Below, piece after piece: positions 8,939-18,022 of a stretch of 64,000 bases of DNA (positions within the stretch are counted from its first letter, which is position 1; each line of letters opens with the position of its first letter). The notes under the pieces were generated by a model. The model ran no database searches. It had not been told where the DNA came from and saw only the letters and a program-made list of their open reading frames with translations. This DNA is from a virus: the IMG/VR virus record IMGVR_UViG_3300045988_174371, positions 1 to 64,000 of that record; one strand, 5' to 3'. Made by a program: the position numbers and the translations under genes.

Positions 8939-10762
8939 CTAAGCGTCAGAATCCTCAGAAGACGCATCCTTACCCTCAGCAGGAGCCTCAACGGTCTTAT
9001 CCTGAGCCTTACGCATCTTCCTCATGAAGAACAGCAGACCACCGATACCAGCCGCCGCAATAGCCGCAAAGACAGCGCCCAGAACGGGGTTACTGCCCTG
9101 CTCATGACCAGTCTTAGCCTCAACAGGCTTAGCAGGCTCGCTCGGCTTCACGCCAGGCTCCGAAGGCTTCTCAACAGCAGGTTCAGACGGCGTTACCGAA
9201 GGAACCGGAGTGGTAGCCTCCTGAGTAGGAGCAGGCGGAACGGACTCGGTGGGAGTGGGCTCCGCCGAAGGAGTTACAACAGGCTCAGACGGAGTGGGCT
9301 CAGGGGTTACGTCGGGCGTAGGGGTGGGCGCGGGAGTCTCTACAGGAGCCGCCACAGGCTTCACATAAACAGAGTAGTCGGTTACGTTTTCCTTAGTGGA
9401 GTGCCAGGAGTAGTAGTTGGCGGAGCCACCACCACCGAAGCCCTGCTTGCCCACATCACCAAAGTTCGCGTCACCGTAGAAGCTCTTGTACGTCTCATCG
9501 CCACAAGTACCACCCTTAGTGTAGGTCTGGATGTAGCTCTCGTATGGCTTAGCGTCATACAGGGTAGCTTCCACACCCTCAGGGAGTACGGGGGCGACAC
9601 GTTCCTGCGCGCCATTAGTGAACAGCTTCAAGAAGTCGGGGGCAATATCCTCAGAAAGCCCAGAGCTCTTGAAGATAATCGGAGAAGCCGCCAGTTGGTC
9701 ACAGGGTGCCACACCAATAACATCCATAGGCTCAATCAGAACCTCAGTGAGCTTGAAGTCAGCGCCAGTAACCTCACCAGGAGTACCGGATGCGGCTACG
9801 TCTTCCACTGAGAAAGTTTTAGTCTCACCAGGAGCAATCTCAACATTGGGGAGGGCAATCTTCTTGCCGTCACGGGTGATACTTAGGTGAATCTTCTGGT
9901 CATCAACACCATTACCCTCGGCGGTGGTGGCGGCAATCTCTGACTTGTTGGTGTAGGTGAAGCTTACCTTACCTGCATCATTTGCAGAAACTTCGGTGGG
10001 GTTCTCGCGAGTGGTGCCCAGCTCACCAATAGTGGTGGAGGCGCTAAAGGTGCCAGCCTGAACGGTCGGCTTGTCAGAGTCGATAGTGATGCGCTGGGTG
10101 ACAGTCTTACCACCCTCAACTTCCACAGAGTAGAGGAAGGTGAGGTTCTGCTTATTGTCATCTGGACGCGAAATGGTGATAGTACCGTCAGCGTTAGCCG
10201 TAATCTTGGAGCCATTGTTGCTACTCAAGCCGGAGCCAAACTGAAGGGTACCACTGCGCGGGGTAGATGCCTCATCGGAAGCGTACAGAGGTAGGTCTAC
10301 GCGAGTAGCATCATTGCCCAGGGTGCCGATACCTACAAGGAGCGTGCCCGGAACTACAGTGTTACCCTTACCAACTAGGTCTGCGACATTGATGGTGTAG
10401 TTCGTGGTGCTGTCACCACTGAACGGCGAAATCTTATCCTTCTTAAGAGTCCAGTTCACATAGTTCTGAACAGTCTCCTTGGGTGCAGATGCGGTAAAGT
10501 CCTTGGCGGTCAGGTTCACGGTGGACTCGGTGCGCGCCTGAGTGGTTGCGGCGGCAGTTGCTTCTGCGGCATGTGCCACGTTGAGCATTGCTACGCCACC
10601 TGCGCCACCACCGAGGGTGAGGGCGGTAACCATGAGTGCGCCTGCTACCTTGCGCTTGGCGTTATGCTTTGCGCTTGCAAAGGTTGCGGGGGTGTTTTCA
10701 GTCTTAGGGGACAAAGTTTTCTCCTGTACTGGTTGCGGGTTGGTTGTTCTGCTGTCCACCAT
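8939..10762 (-). CDS. secreted surface protein with Pro/Thr/Glu-rich stalk and C-terminal membrane anchor
   Basis: 607 aa. Signal-like KRKVAGALMVTALTLGGGAGGVAMLNVAHA; PTPTPDVTPEPTPSEP stalk; EAKTG followed by a hydrophobic helix and RKMRK. Confidence 0.8.
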   Translation of the reverse strand: MVDSRTTNPQPVQEKTLSPKTENTPATFASAKHNAKRKVAGALMVTALTLGGGAGGVAMLNVAHAAEATAAATTQARTESTVNLTAKDFTASAPKETVQNYVNWTLKKDKISPFSGDSTTNYTINVADLVGKGNTVVPGTLLVGIGTLGNDATRVDLPLYASDEASTPRSGTLQFGSGLSSNNGSKITANADGTITISRPDDNKQNLTFLYSVEVEGGKTVTQRITIDSDKPTVQAGTFSASTTIGELGTTRENPTEVSANDAGKVSFTYTNKSEIAATTAEGNGVDDQKIHLSITRDGKKIALPNVEIAPGETKTFSVEDVAASGTPGEVTGADFKLTEVLIEPMDVIGVAPCDQLAASPIIFKSSGLSEDIAPDFLKLFTNGAQERVAPVLPEGVEATLYDAKPYESYIQTYTKGGTCGDETYKSFYGDANFGDVGKQGFGGGGSANYYSWHSTKENVTDYSVYVKPVAAPVETPAPTPTPDVTPEPTPSEPVVTPSAEPTPTESVPPAPTQEATTPVPSVTPSEPAVEKPSEPGVKPSEPAKPVEAKTGHEQGSNPVLGAVFAAIAAAGIGGLLFFMRKMRKAQDKTVEAPAEGKDASSEDSDA

Positions 10763-10882
10763 ATGCTTGGTGGTGGCTTCCAGAGGGGTCAGCGTAGCGC
10801 TCTGCGGTACGTGCCTTTGGCTGGTTGCCGGTCAGCGTGCCCTTTGTGGGAGGCTTTACGTCTCTTGTGTGGGCTTGTGGTT

Positions 10883-10893
10883 ATTGTAGCATG
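10883..10893 (-). promoter_or_regulatory. extended -10 promoter
   Basis: rc reads CATGCTACAAT (TGcTACAAT). Confidence 0.55.
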
Positions 10894-10950
10894 TGGTGCC
10901 GTTGTGGTGCCACATGCTTTTTGTGGGCGCGGCAAAAAGCGTCCTTCAAT

Positions 10951-10959
10951 TGCTAGTAT
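10951..10959 (+). promoter_or_regulatory. candidate plus-strand extended -10 promoter (TGCTAGTAT)
   Basis: Same 9-mer as the tRNA-Leu(TAG) promoter at 54879-54887; faces into the ORF-free region. Confidence 0.4.
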
Positions 10960-10965
10960 ATCGTG

Positions 10966-12027
10966 TTGCTGGTCGTGTGCATCTTGCTTCAGGGGTTGCT
11001 TGAGGGAGATTCCGCTCACATTGAAGGTTCTTTGCAGTGCTGATTGAAGGTTCTAGTTGGCGGTTTTTTGGGCATAAAAAAGAGGGACACCTTCAGCAAT
11101 GGTTCCTACTGGCAGTCCGCGTTGCATGGCAGTCTGCTCAGTATGCACTTGGAACCATCCCGTCACGGTAGCTCATTGCGTAGAGCTGTGTGACGGTGGT
11201 GCTGGTGAGCATACAGGTTCATTCCTAAGGTAGGTAAGATGTGTAATTGTGTACGCCTAGCACTTCAGTGCAATGAAGCCGCTTCATATTTCCCCGCCGA
11301 TATAGCGTTCCTCAAGGGTGCTCTGCCCCTGAGGAGTCAGCGGATGACATTCGAAGACGTAACCATCTTATCTACTTACCGGGTACTCGTTGAAGAACCT
11401 TCATCGTGTTCCCGGCGGTGAACCCAACCAGCTCCTACTGGAAGGTGTTCCCTAACATTCATCGAACCATAATTCCGGGGTGTGAACATGGAAGTGTGTG
11501 TTCCCACGGAGTTACAGTTGTCAATTGATGAATGTCGCTATTCTGCTGTGATGCTCACTGGGTGCTAAGCACCTGATGTGAACATCGTATGTTCAGCTTG
11601 TCCCTTCTACAAAACGGCATAGCAATCATGGAACTAGCCGCCACAGCCTTTATTCCGTACAAAGCGGAGGCTGTGGAGAGTGGAACTTCGGTGAACCAGA
11701 TAAGGTGCGGCAAGGGTTGCCCACTACGGCGCTACTAAAGCAACTCTAACACTTGCCTTAGTATGCCCCTCTCTTATCCGCGTGTACCTACGGGTAGAGG
11801 GGTGCTGTAGCATTGTAACCTTGCGGTGCACCTCAGAGCTTTAAAGAGCCTTACTCCCGGATGCGCCTTTATGCTTTGCTGGGTGCTGACTGCAATCAGT
11901 ACCCAGCTTCACATTCTGGCGAATGAGCGGCAGTGAAACAGGTGAAAGCTGTTTTACTGCCCGGTTTGGGGTTCTAAAGTTCACGTGGGACGGTAGCATC
12001 TCGCCCCGCGCTGACAAAGTATATTCA
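10966..12027. ncRNA. ~1-kb ORF-free, hairpin-dense region (candidate large structured RNA and/or tnpB omega-RNA)
   Basis: Only one ORF of 60 aa or more in six frames. Perfect or near-perfect stems at 11160-11196, 11561-11573, 11579-11595, 11641-11676, 11764-11804, 11879-11906 and 11931-11959. Direct repeat attgaaggttct at 11020 and 11043. Confidence 0.4.
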
Positions 12028-13203
12028 TCAGCGCCAATTCATACGGGACGTTAGCCGCGCAATGCCACGCTTACGGATGTTCATAGCGGCAGTACGGTCA
12101 TCGTTAGACCGGAAGCCACATGCACAACTGTAAAGGTGGAGATGGTGGTTTCTGTTCCGTTTCTCTATCATACCACACTTAGGGCAGGTAGTGCTAGTCG
12201 AAACAGTGGAAACATGGACGAAAATGTGTCCTCGCTTCTGTGATTCCTCTCTCAACGCTCGGCTGAACTTGTCGAAGACGACGGTGGGAAGCTTGCCCAT
12301 GTCGTCGCGGCTGAAGCGTTCGCGGAGGTGAACGGATGCCTGGATGTCCTCCAATGCGAATACAGTGTGAGGCTCTGCGCCGTCAAGGATTGCCTTAACG
12401 GTCTTGTCGATGCCTTCCTGGAGGTGTGCCTGCATTTCGTCTGAGAGTGCCTTGAGGCGCTTGCGGGAGCTTCGAGTGTTCTTAGCCTTGAGGCGTTCAC
12501 GACGTGCGCTGTACTGCTCCATGTAGGTCTGGAGCGGGGTGTTCCATGCGCGGTAGAACTTGCTTTCCTTGCCGTCATAGGAGACTGCGAGGAACCGGGT
12601 TCCCAGGTCGATACCGACTACCTTGTTCGTTACGGTTGCGATGTCGTACTTCAGGAGCCAGCCTACCGCCTTATCGTAGGATAGGGTTGCCTGGTTCATG
12701 TTCTTGGTGTACGGGTAACCTGCGGGGAGGTTCAACCATTCGGCAAGGAACTGTTCGGTGTCATGGGTTCCGTCTGCTAGGTCTGAGCGGTAGAGGCGGA
12801 TTTTGTATGCGCCGTTGCCCAGGCGGTAGAAGTCGTAGTCGCTCCTGTAGCGCACGGGGATTCGGTCGAGGTTATAGGTGCGCGGCTTCTTGATGGACTT
12901 GTTCTGCACGTGGTCTGCTTTGTAGTCCTGGATGACGGTGTAGATGGCACGGTCGCGGATGCCAGGATAGATGCTTTCCAGCTTTGCGGTGTCACCCTTG
13001 ATGCGGGTCATGATTTTCTTCGCGCTGACGGTGTTCAGCTGGAAGGATACCTTGCTCGCAATGTTGCATACGCGCAGGTATGCGTTGTAGTACTCTAGCA
13101 GTCTATCCTGCGCATCCCAGTCGTTCACCTTCAGGTGTACGTATACGGTAAGCCTGTTGGCTTTCACGTTAGGAAGATTAGTCATCTTCGGGAGGTCACT
13201 CAT
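12028..13203 (-). CDS. tnpB: TnpB (RNA-guided RuvC nuclease, IS605 OrfB family)
   Basis: RuvC motifs VGIDLG, FALEDI and NDDRTAAMNI; zinc ribbon CPKCG...CACG. Start at the ATG at 13203 (MSDLPKM) with SD AAGGAAA. Confidence 0.9.
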   Translation of the reverse strand: MSDLPKMTNLPNVKANRLTVYVHLKVNDWDAQDRLLEYYNAYLRVCNIASKVSFQLNTVSAKKIMTRIKGDTAKLESIYPGIRDRAIYTVIQDYKADHVQNKSIKKPRTYNLDRIPVRYRSDYDFYRLGNGAYKIRLYRSDLADGTHDTEQFLAEWLNLPAGYPYTKNMNQATLSYDKAVGWLLKYDIATVTNKVVGIDLGTRFLAVSYDGKESKFYRAWNTPLQTYMEQYSARRERLKAKNTRSSRKRLKALSDEMQAHLQEGIDKTVKAILDGAEPHTVFALEDIQASVHLRERFSRDDMGKLPTVVFDKFSRALREESQKRGHIFVHVSTVSTSTTCPKCGMIEKRNRNHHLHLYSCACGFRSNDDRTAAMNIRKRGIARLTSRMNWR

Positions 13204-13306
13204 GTTGATTTCCTTCTTTAAAGGGGGGTATTGTTGGTTCCCTGCCCTTCCGCTTGGTGGAGGGCTTGGGAGGTGTGCAAGGATTTCCCTGCGACCCAAC
13301 AGTTAT

Positions 13307-13317
13307 ACTGTATCACA
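13307..13317 (-). promoter_or_regulatory. extended -10 promoter upstream of tnpB
   Basis: rc reads TGTGATACAGT. Confidence 0.6.
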
Positions 13318-13437
13318 CATTTCGGTGTATGTGAAACTGGTGTGCTGTGGATGGTGATAACCGCGCCTGACTTGAATACATTCAGTCGATAAGCGGCTAC
13401 CACCACACACGTTATCTACCCTAACACCTTTGCCTTA

Positions 13438-14007
13438 CTAGGCGATGTCTTGGGCTCTCACCCAACGTGCCCGCGCATCTGCAAACATCTCATCCCACTG
13501 TGCACGACTTTTCCTCAACCGCCAAGCAACACTGTTATTGCGCTCCATAAGAAGCTTATCTACAGTGTCAGAGTATGCGGGAATGTACTTCGGCTCGCTA
13601 GAGACCGCCTTCCCATGCTCCCACGTGAAAACAAGCCGCCCAAGAACCCTTCCAGAACTGGAGGTTTCAACCCAGATTACACCTTGCGCATCCTGATAGA
13701 CCTTGCAGTGGCGCTCCTTAAATGGCTCATCATGGTAGTAGGTTGGTGCACCACCCTGCATGATGTATTCACGGAGCCATAGGTTATAAGCGTCCAGAGG
13801 ATTCATGTCGCTCAGCTCAAGCTTCCTAAGCGCCCGCCTAAGGTCTCTATTGTCCATTTCCGACACGGACGTTGCAGAGCGGACAGTTCTAACCATATCT
13901 ATCTTTGTTGTCGGAGTACCGCTGTTGGCAATGGAAGGAATGATAGTGGCGGTTCGCCAGGCGGATACCTGCTTTTCGCGGGGGTTGCGGGTGGGGCTAC
14001 TGGGCAT
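13438..14007 (-). CDS. hypothetical protein, SAWR / AYNLWL family
   Basis: 189 aa; motifs QVSAWRT, AYNLWLREYIMQGG and IPAYSDTVDK; SD GAAAGGAG. Confidence 0.75.
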   Translation of the reverse strand: MPSSPTRNPREKQVSAWRTATIIPSIANSGTPTTKIDMVRTVRSATSVSEMDNRDLRRALRKLELSDMNPLDAYNLWLREYIMQGGAPTYYHDEPFKERHCKVYQDAQGVIWVETSSSGRVLGRLVFTWEHGKAVSSEPKYIPAYSDTVDKLLMERNNSVAWRLRKSRAQWDEMFADARARWVRAQDIA

Positions 14008-14069
14008 ATGCTTAGCTCCTTTCGGCGTAGCATGTTCTTTGGTGGCATGTTAGATGCTTAGTCGTAGTT

Positions 14070-14672
14070 TCAAAATGAGTAGCCGCGCTCATTTAGAAAC
14101 CTTTCCACTGCCCGCCTTTCAAATGGTTCAAGGCTATCTATTCCATAGGTGAGCGCCTGTATTGCGGACTGGTGGGCGTCTAGGTCATTACGAAGCCGCT
14201 CACCATCGGCGCTGTCCTCTTGCATGATGCTCTTGTCGATGGTGTTCGTGTAGGCGGGAATATTGCTCTTGACTGCAAGAGCTCTGGAGCCGTCCCATTT
14301 GAAGATGTAGCCTACCCGCCCGGCACGGTACTCAACGCACACCTCGCCGTCATCCATGACTCTTCTCATGAACTGCTCTTCGGGTAGCTCGCAGTTGTGG
14401 TAGTCGGTCGGGGTTCCGCCTTGCCTGATGTAATCGTGGAGCCACTGGTTGTACAGCTCCTCAGCGCTCATAAGGTGGCGCTTAGCTTTAGGGGAAGCGA
14501 ATACCATGCGAAGGCGCTTCCCCGCATTGGAGACATGCCTCGTGAGTAGTAGCGCTGGCGATTGAGTGGGCGCGGCTGGGTTGCTGGTGGCGGCAAGCCG
14601 ATGCTCAGGCTCGCTATGGTCATGGCTTCGCCAGGCGGACACCTGCCGTGCTACCTTCTTGGGTGAAGTCAT
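14070..14672 (-). CDS. hypothetical protein, SAWR / AYNLWL family
   Basis: 200 aa; motifs QVSAWRS, LYNQWLHDYIRQGG and IPAYTNTIDK; SD AGGAG. Confidence 0.75.
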   Translation of the reverse strand: MTSPKKVARQVSAWRSHDHSEPEHRLAATSNPAAPTQSPALLLTRHVSNAGKRLRMVFASPKAKRHLMSAEELYNQWLHDYIRQGGTPTDYHNCELPEEQFMRRVMDDGEVCVEYRAGRVGYIFKWDGSRALAVKSNIPAYTNTIDKSIMQEDSADGERLRNDLDAHQSAIQALTYGIDSLEPFERRAVERFLNERGYSF

Positions 14673-14728
14673 ATTATTACTCCTGTGGCTCTGTCGGGTG
14701 GTCGGGGGGGGGGTACCCCTACTTCATT

Positions 14729-14739
14729 ACTCTAGCATG
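14729..14739 (-). promoter_or_regulatory. extended -10 promoter (TGCTAGAGT)
   Basis: rc reads CATGCTAGAGT; a G10 run at 14704-14713 lies in the 5' UTR. Confidence 0.5.
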
Positions 14740-14829
14740 TTTTGGTGGGGTATGGGTGTGGCGACTGCGCCAGTTTGTGATGCTGGGTTGCAGTCGCCAC
14801 ATGGGGGTCTTATTGAGGGTATTTCGCAT

Positions 14830-15414
14830 CTAGGCGAGAGTGATAATCACGCGGCGCTTACCCTTCTTAGTCCAGCCGTATAGCTTGTTGTGTGATGTGC
14901 CCTGTAGGAACCTAAAGGCATGTTTTTTAGCGTCGTATTCCTTATTTAGGATGAAGGTCATTGACTGAGCTCCGCACATGCCGTCTGGGAAGTTGAGCTC
15001 GTGAGGACTCTTTACGTAAACGACTGTGGAGGGGAGCCTGCGGTCAGGGAATACGTCTGACCAGTCCCTCATTTCTGCGTGAGTTAAGTAGTTGCGGGTG
15101 CACCCCTTGGATAGCTCACGTTCGATGTCCTCTTGGATACAGTGCATACGCCTAGTATAAGCTTCCCTCTGGGATTCTAAATCCTTCTTCACGCTGTCGG
15201 CGCGTAGTTCTTGAAGGTGTGGGCATGGTTCCACATCGATAGTGGCTTTGCCTATGCCGGGGTATGGCGGCTGGGGCTTCTGTGGGGTTTCCTGGGAAGT
15301 GGAAGTGTTGCGATTGTTGCTGGGTGTGGCGGGCTGGTGGGAGCTGGTGGTATCGATAGGTGGGGTGGTGTAGGCGGTTCGCCAACCGGCTACGTACTTG
15401 TTCTTGCTGGGCAT
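14830..15414 (-). CDS. hypothetical protein, SHNxLYGW family
   Basis: 194 aa; motifs YVAGWRT and SHNKLYGWTKKGKRRV; SD AAGGAGA. Confidence 0.75.
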   Translation of the reverse strand: MPSKNKYVAGWRTAYTTPPIDTTSSHQPATPSNNRNTSTSQETPQKPQPPYPGIGKATIDVEPCPHLQELRADSVKKDLESQREAYTRRMHCIQEDIERELSKGCTRNYLTHAEMRDWSDVFPDRRLPSTVVYVKSPHELNFPDGMCGAQSMTFILNKEYDAKKHAFRFLQGTSHNKLYGWTKKGKRRVIITLA

Positions 15415-15448
15415 GTTTGGTCTCCTTGCTTGGTTGGGTGCGCAAATA

Positions 15449-15509
15449 AGGGGCTTCAGGGGCGGCTCTGTGTGACTGGTACGTCATAGAGACCACCTCT
15501 GAAGCCCCT
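15449..15509 (-). terminator. hairpin terminator
   Basis: 11-bp arms aggggcttcag / ctgaagcccct after the stop at 15550. Confidence 0.55.
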
Positions 15510-15549
15510 AGGAGCCTCGCTAGGAGGATTTTCTGCACACCAGGTCTGA

Positions 15550-16740
15550 TTATCGGTGCTTGATGGTTACGGTGATTCCGCGAGCGGCTAGACGCTTTAG
15601 GATGTCCTCTGAGAGGGAGCGGAGGCGTGCCGGGTACTTCTCGATGAGTTCACTGAACGTCCTGTCCATCAGATGCATGTTCACGAGCGCTTCCTGGACG
15701 TTGGTCATCTTGATTTCCTTCTGGTTGAAGAAGTCAATTCGTACCTTCAGCTTTTCTTCCTCGGTGGTGGCGGCATCTAGGTTACGCTTGAGGTTTGCGT
15801 AGATTGCCTGTCCTTCGGATAGGAGCTCTTCGATGCATTCCACTACGGGGGTGAGCTTATCCTCTGCGCCGTTTTCCGTGAGGATTGCCTGACGCGCCAG
15901 CATATCGTCGATGGTTCCATTGGCGAATGCCTGGATGATTCGGCGGACACCCTTGCGGGATGACTTGCGGATGTACGGGTGGAGGAAGTCGTTGCTGTTC
16001 ATGAACCAGTCTTCGGTCTTGAACTTGATGAGTCGCCCGTACTCATTGACGACGACGAACCCTTCGATACCCTTTGCTTCCTGCTGGATGGTTTCAACCT
16101 CAGGAATGGTCATGTGGTAGATGTTAGGTGCGGGAAGATTGAGTTCCTGTGCTACTTCAAGCATGATGAGCGGCGACAGGTCGCCGGTTGCCTTCTCAGA
16201 TACACCGATGAGGGTAAGCTTCTCTTCGTCGTACATGACGTTGATAAGGTTGTTCGGGGAGGTGTATTCGAAGATGAGGCACTTTTCCGGGTTCTGCTGG
16301 AGCCACTGCTTCACCTGAGGGGTTTCACCCAGGAGGCGGTAGACAGGCTCGGTGTAGTCGGGGTGCTCAATGACGCTGGAGGTCGTGAAGAGGTATTCAC
16401 CGTTGTAGAGTCCGACGATGATGCAGGTTCCGTCTAGCTTCTCGTAGAAGGTCACCTTTTCGTTGCGGGTGAAGGAGCCCATGTGGGTGAACTCTTCCTT
16501 GAACTTTGCGTCCACGGTGGTCTTAGCGTCGTACTGCTTCCAGTTGAAGAACTTGTTGAAGCCTCGGAGGATTACTTCGCCCTGCTCGTTGAGGACAAGT
16601 CCTCGTGCGGCGCGCAGGTAGGGGTCTTCGAAGTCGATAACCTCAGGGCGGTACTTAACGCAGGTGAGGTTGCGCTCCTTGTTCGTGTTGAACTTTACAA
16701 GGTGTGAGTAATTCTCCTTGTAATGCTGGAGTAGGTTCAT
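15550..16740 (-). CDS. ATP-dependent RNA ligase (Rnl1-like)
   Basis: 396 aa; nucleotidyl-transferase motif I EKLDGT; RAARGLVL...FNKFFN upstream segment; SD GAAGGGAA. Confidence 0.7.
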   Translation of the reverse strand: MNLLQHYKENYSHLVKFNTNKERNLTCVKYRPEVIDFEDPYLRAARGLVLNEQGEVILRGFNKFFNWKQYDAKTTVDAKFKEEFTHMGSFTRNEKVTFYEKLDGTCIIVGLYNGEYLFTTSSVIEHPDYTEPVYRLLGETPQVKQWLQQNPEKCLIFEYTSPNNLINVMYDEEKLTLIGVSEKATGDLSPLIMLEVAQELNLPAPNIYHMTIPEVETIQQEAKGIEGFVVVNEYGRLIKFKTEDWFMNSNDFLHPYIRKSSRKGVRRIIQAFANGTIDDMLARQAILTENGAEDKLTPVVECIEELLSEGQAIYANLKRNLDAATTEEEKLKVRIDFFNQKEIKMTNVQEALVNMHLMDRTFSELIEKYPARLRSLSEDILKRLAARGITVTIKHR

Positions 16741-16807
16741 TGGGGTATTCCCTTCGTGATTGGTGGGCTTGTGGCTTCTTGTAGCTACGTTTCAATTCGA
16801 TAACTAG

Positions 16808-16818
16808 AGTGTATCACA
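16808..16818 (-). promoter_or_regulatory. extended -10 promoter
   Basis: rc reads TGTGATACACT followed by ctagttatcg. Confidence 0.65.
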
Positions 16819-16865
16819 TATTTATGATTGTGGGCAAGGTGTTATTGGGGTAGGTGGGCAAATAG

Positions 16866-16916
16866 CATTTAACCCCACCCGTACAGTCCTCTACGCTGTT
16901 GGGGTGGGGCTAAATG
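16866..16916 (-). terminator. hairpin terminator
   Basis: 15-bp arms with one G.U pair that works only on the minus strand. Confidence 0.55.
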
Positions 16917-16923
16917 TCGCCTG

Positions 16924-17988
16924 CTACTTGACTTTGAAAATCTTCGTTGTAGATTGCTGAATACCTGCCAGTAGAGACTCTACGAAGGACAGAGTGCTCT
17001 GCATGTCACTTAGCGACTTACGGGTTTCGGTGAGGGCTTTATGGTTAGCCGCATAAACATCTTCAAAGTTGGTCTTCCCGGCAAGATAGTAAGGGGGCTT
17101 CATGAGCTTCACATAAGCGTCTAGTACGTTGCCGAAAAAGTATTCCTGATAGGCTTGCTTTAGCGCACTCTCAGCCTTGGCAATGGATGCGTTATATTCA
17201 CGCAGGCGGTAGAAGTCCTCGAAGGTGTAGACCTCATGCACCTTAGGGTCGGTGGAGCGAATCTCTACGCCATCAATGGTGGCATAGAAATACCCTGGCT
17301 TCTTGCGGTAGGTTAGGTACCCCTCTAGCCCGTTGGTGGACTTGAAATATGCGCGGGTCTTCGTCAGCTTGAATACCTGCGCAATAATCTTCATACCAGA
17401 TGAGCCGTGCTCATCATACGCCTCAAATTCTGCAATAGCACCCTCAATAAACTTGGCGCTATCCATGTACAGCGTACTGCGCTCACCTGCCGTATCATCA
17501 ACCTGAATATGTGCGGGTAGCATACCGGCAATTTCGTGAACGTCAGCCGCATACTTGGAGGATGCGGCGGCAACATGAGCCTGGCAACCAGAGAGCATGT
17601 CCTGAATGGCGCTAACAGTTTTCCTTGCAGTAGCAATTCCCGTTGGGTTAGCCACATCAATATGATGCCATCCACCAGCATACCCAAGGGAGGTGCCGAT
17701 AGCGCCCAGTGAGCTGGAGCCACCCGCAGAGAGTGTTTGAGTGACGCGCTTAGCATCTTCCTCAAGCTCAATAAGGCTCAACCACGCCTCAATGGATGGG
17801 TTAGGTATACGGGCGACCTGTCGGGTAGAGTCACTGCTCTCAGGGGTTAGAATTTCGGACATTTCGCCTCTCCCTGAGCGTGCCCTAATCCTCTTGCCGA
17901 TTGACTCGATGCGGTGCATGTGGTCGAGGCGGGTAACCTCATCTGGCTTCTTGATGATGAGGATGTCGCCTGGTTTGAGGTTGGGCAC
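16924..17988 (-). CDS. hypothetical protein (tandem paralogue of 18023-19153)
   Basis: GTG start at 17988, 9 nt after SD GAAAGGAA; this removes the overlap with the upstream gene. N-terminus NLKPGDILI resembles ELRAGDVVL. Confidence 0.7.
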   Translation of the reverse strand: MPNLKPGDILIIKKPDEVTRLDHMHRIESIGKRIRARSGRGEMSEILTPESSDSTRQVARIPNPSIEAWLSLIELEEDAKRVTQTLSAGGSSSLGAIGTSLGYAGGWHHIDVANPTGIATARKTVSAIQDMLSGCQAHVAAASSKYAADVHEIAGMLPAHIQVDDTAGERSTLYMDSAKFIEGAIAEFEAYDEHGSSGMKIIAQVFKLTKTRAYFKSTNGLEGYLTYRKKPGYFYATIDGVEIRSTDPKVHEVYTFEDFYRLREYNASIAKAESALKQAYQEYFFGNVLDAYVKLMKPPYYLAGKTNFEDVYAANHKALTETRKSLSDMQSTLSFVESLLAGIQQSTTKIFKVK

Positions 17989-18022
17989 GATGCGTTGTTC
18001 CTTTCTGGTGGTGGATAGAGTG

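Larger units (their letters stand above)
11870..13320 (-). mobile_element. IS200/IS605-family tnpB-only (IS1341-like) unit, ends not defined
   Basis: tnpB has no adjacent tnpA; no clear terminal hairpins or target duplication identified. Confidence 0.3.

Noticed and set aside
9104-9811. Long antisense ORFs inside larger genes. Other examples are 40737-41501, 43283-43780, 49255-49845, 55618-56016, 24721-25308 and 36673-37131.
   Set aside because: These are shadow ORFs on the strand opposite better-supported genes. They have Arg/Ser/Leu-rich, low-complexity translations and no promoter motif or SD.
10679-10762. Sortase LPxTG/LAxTG signal call for the surface protein (motif at 9044-9058)
   Set aside because: The motif reads EAKTG, not L(P/A)xTG, and 24 residues follow the basic patch. 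I kept only the description of a C-terminal membrane anchor.
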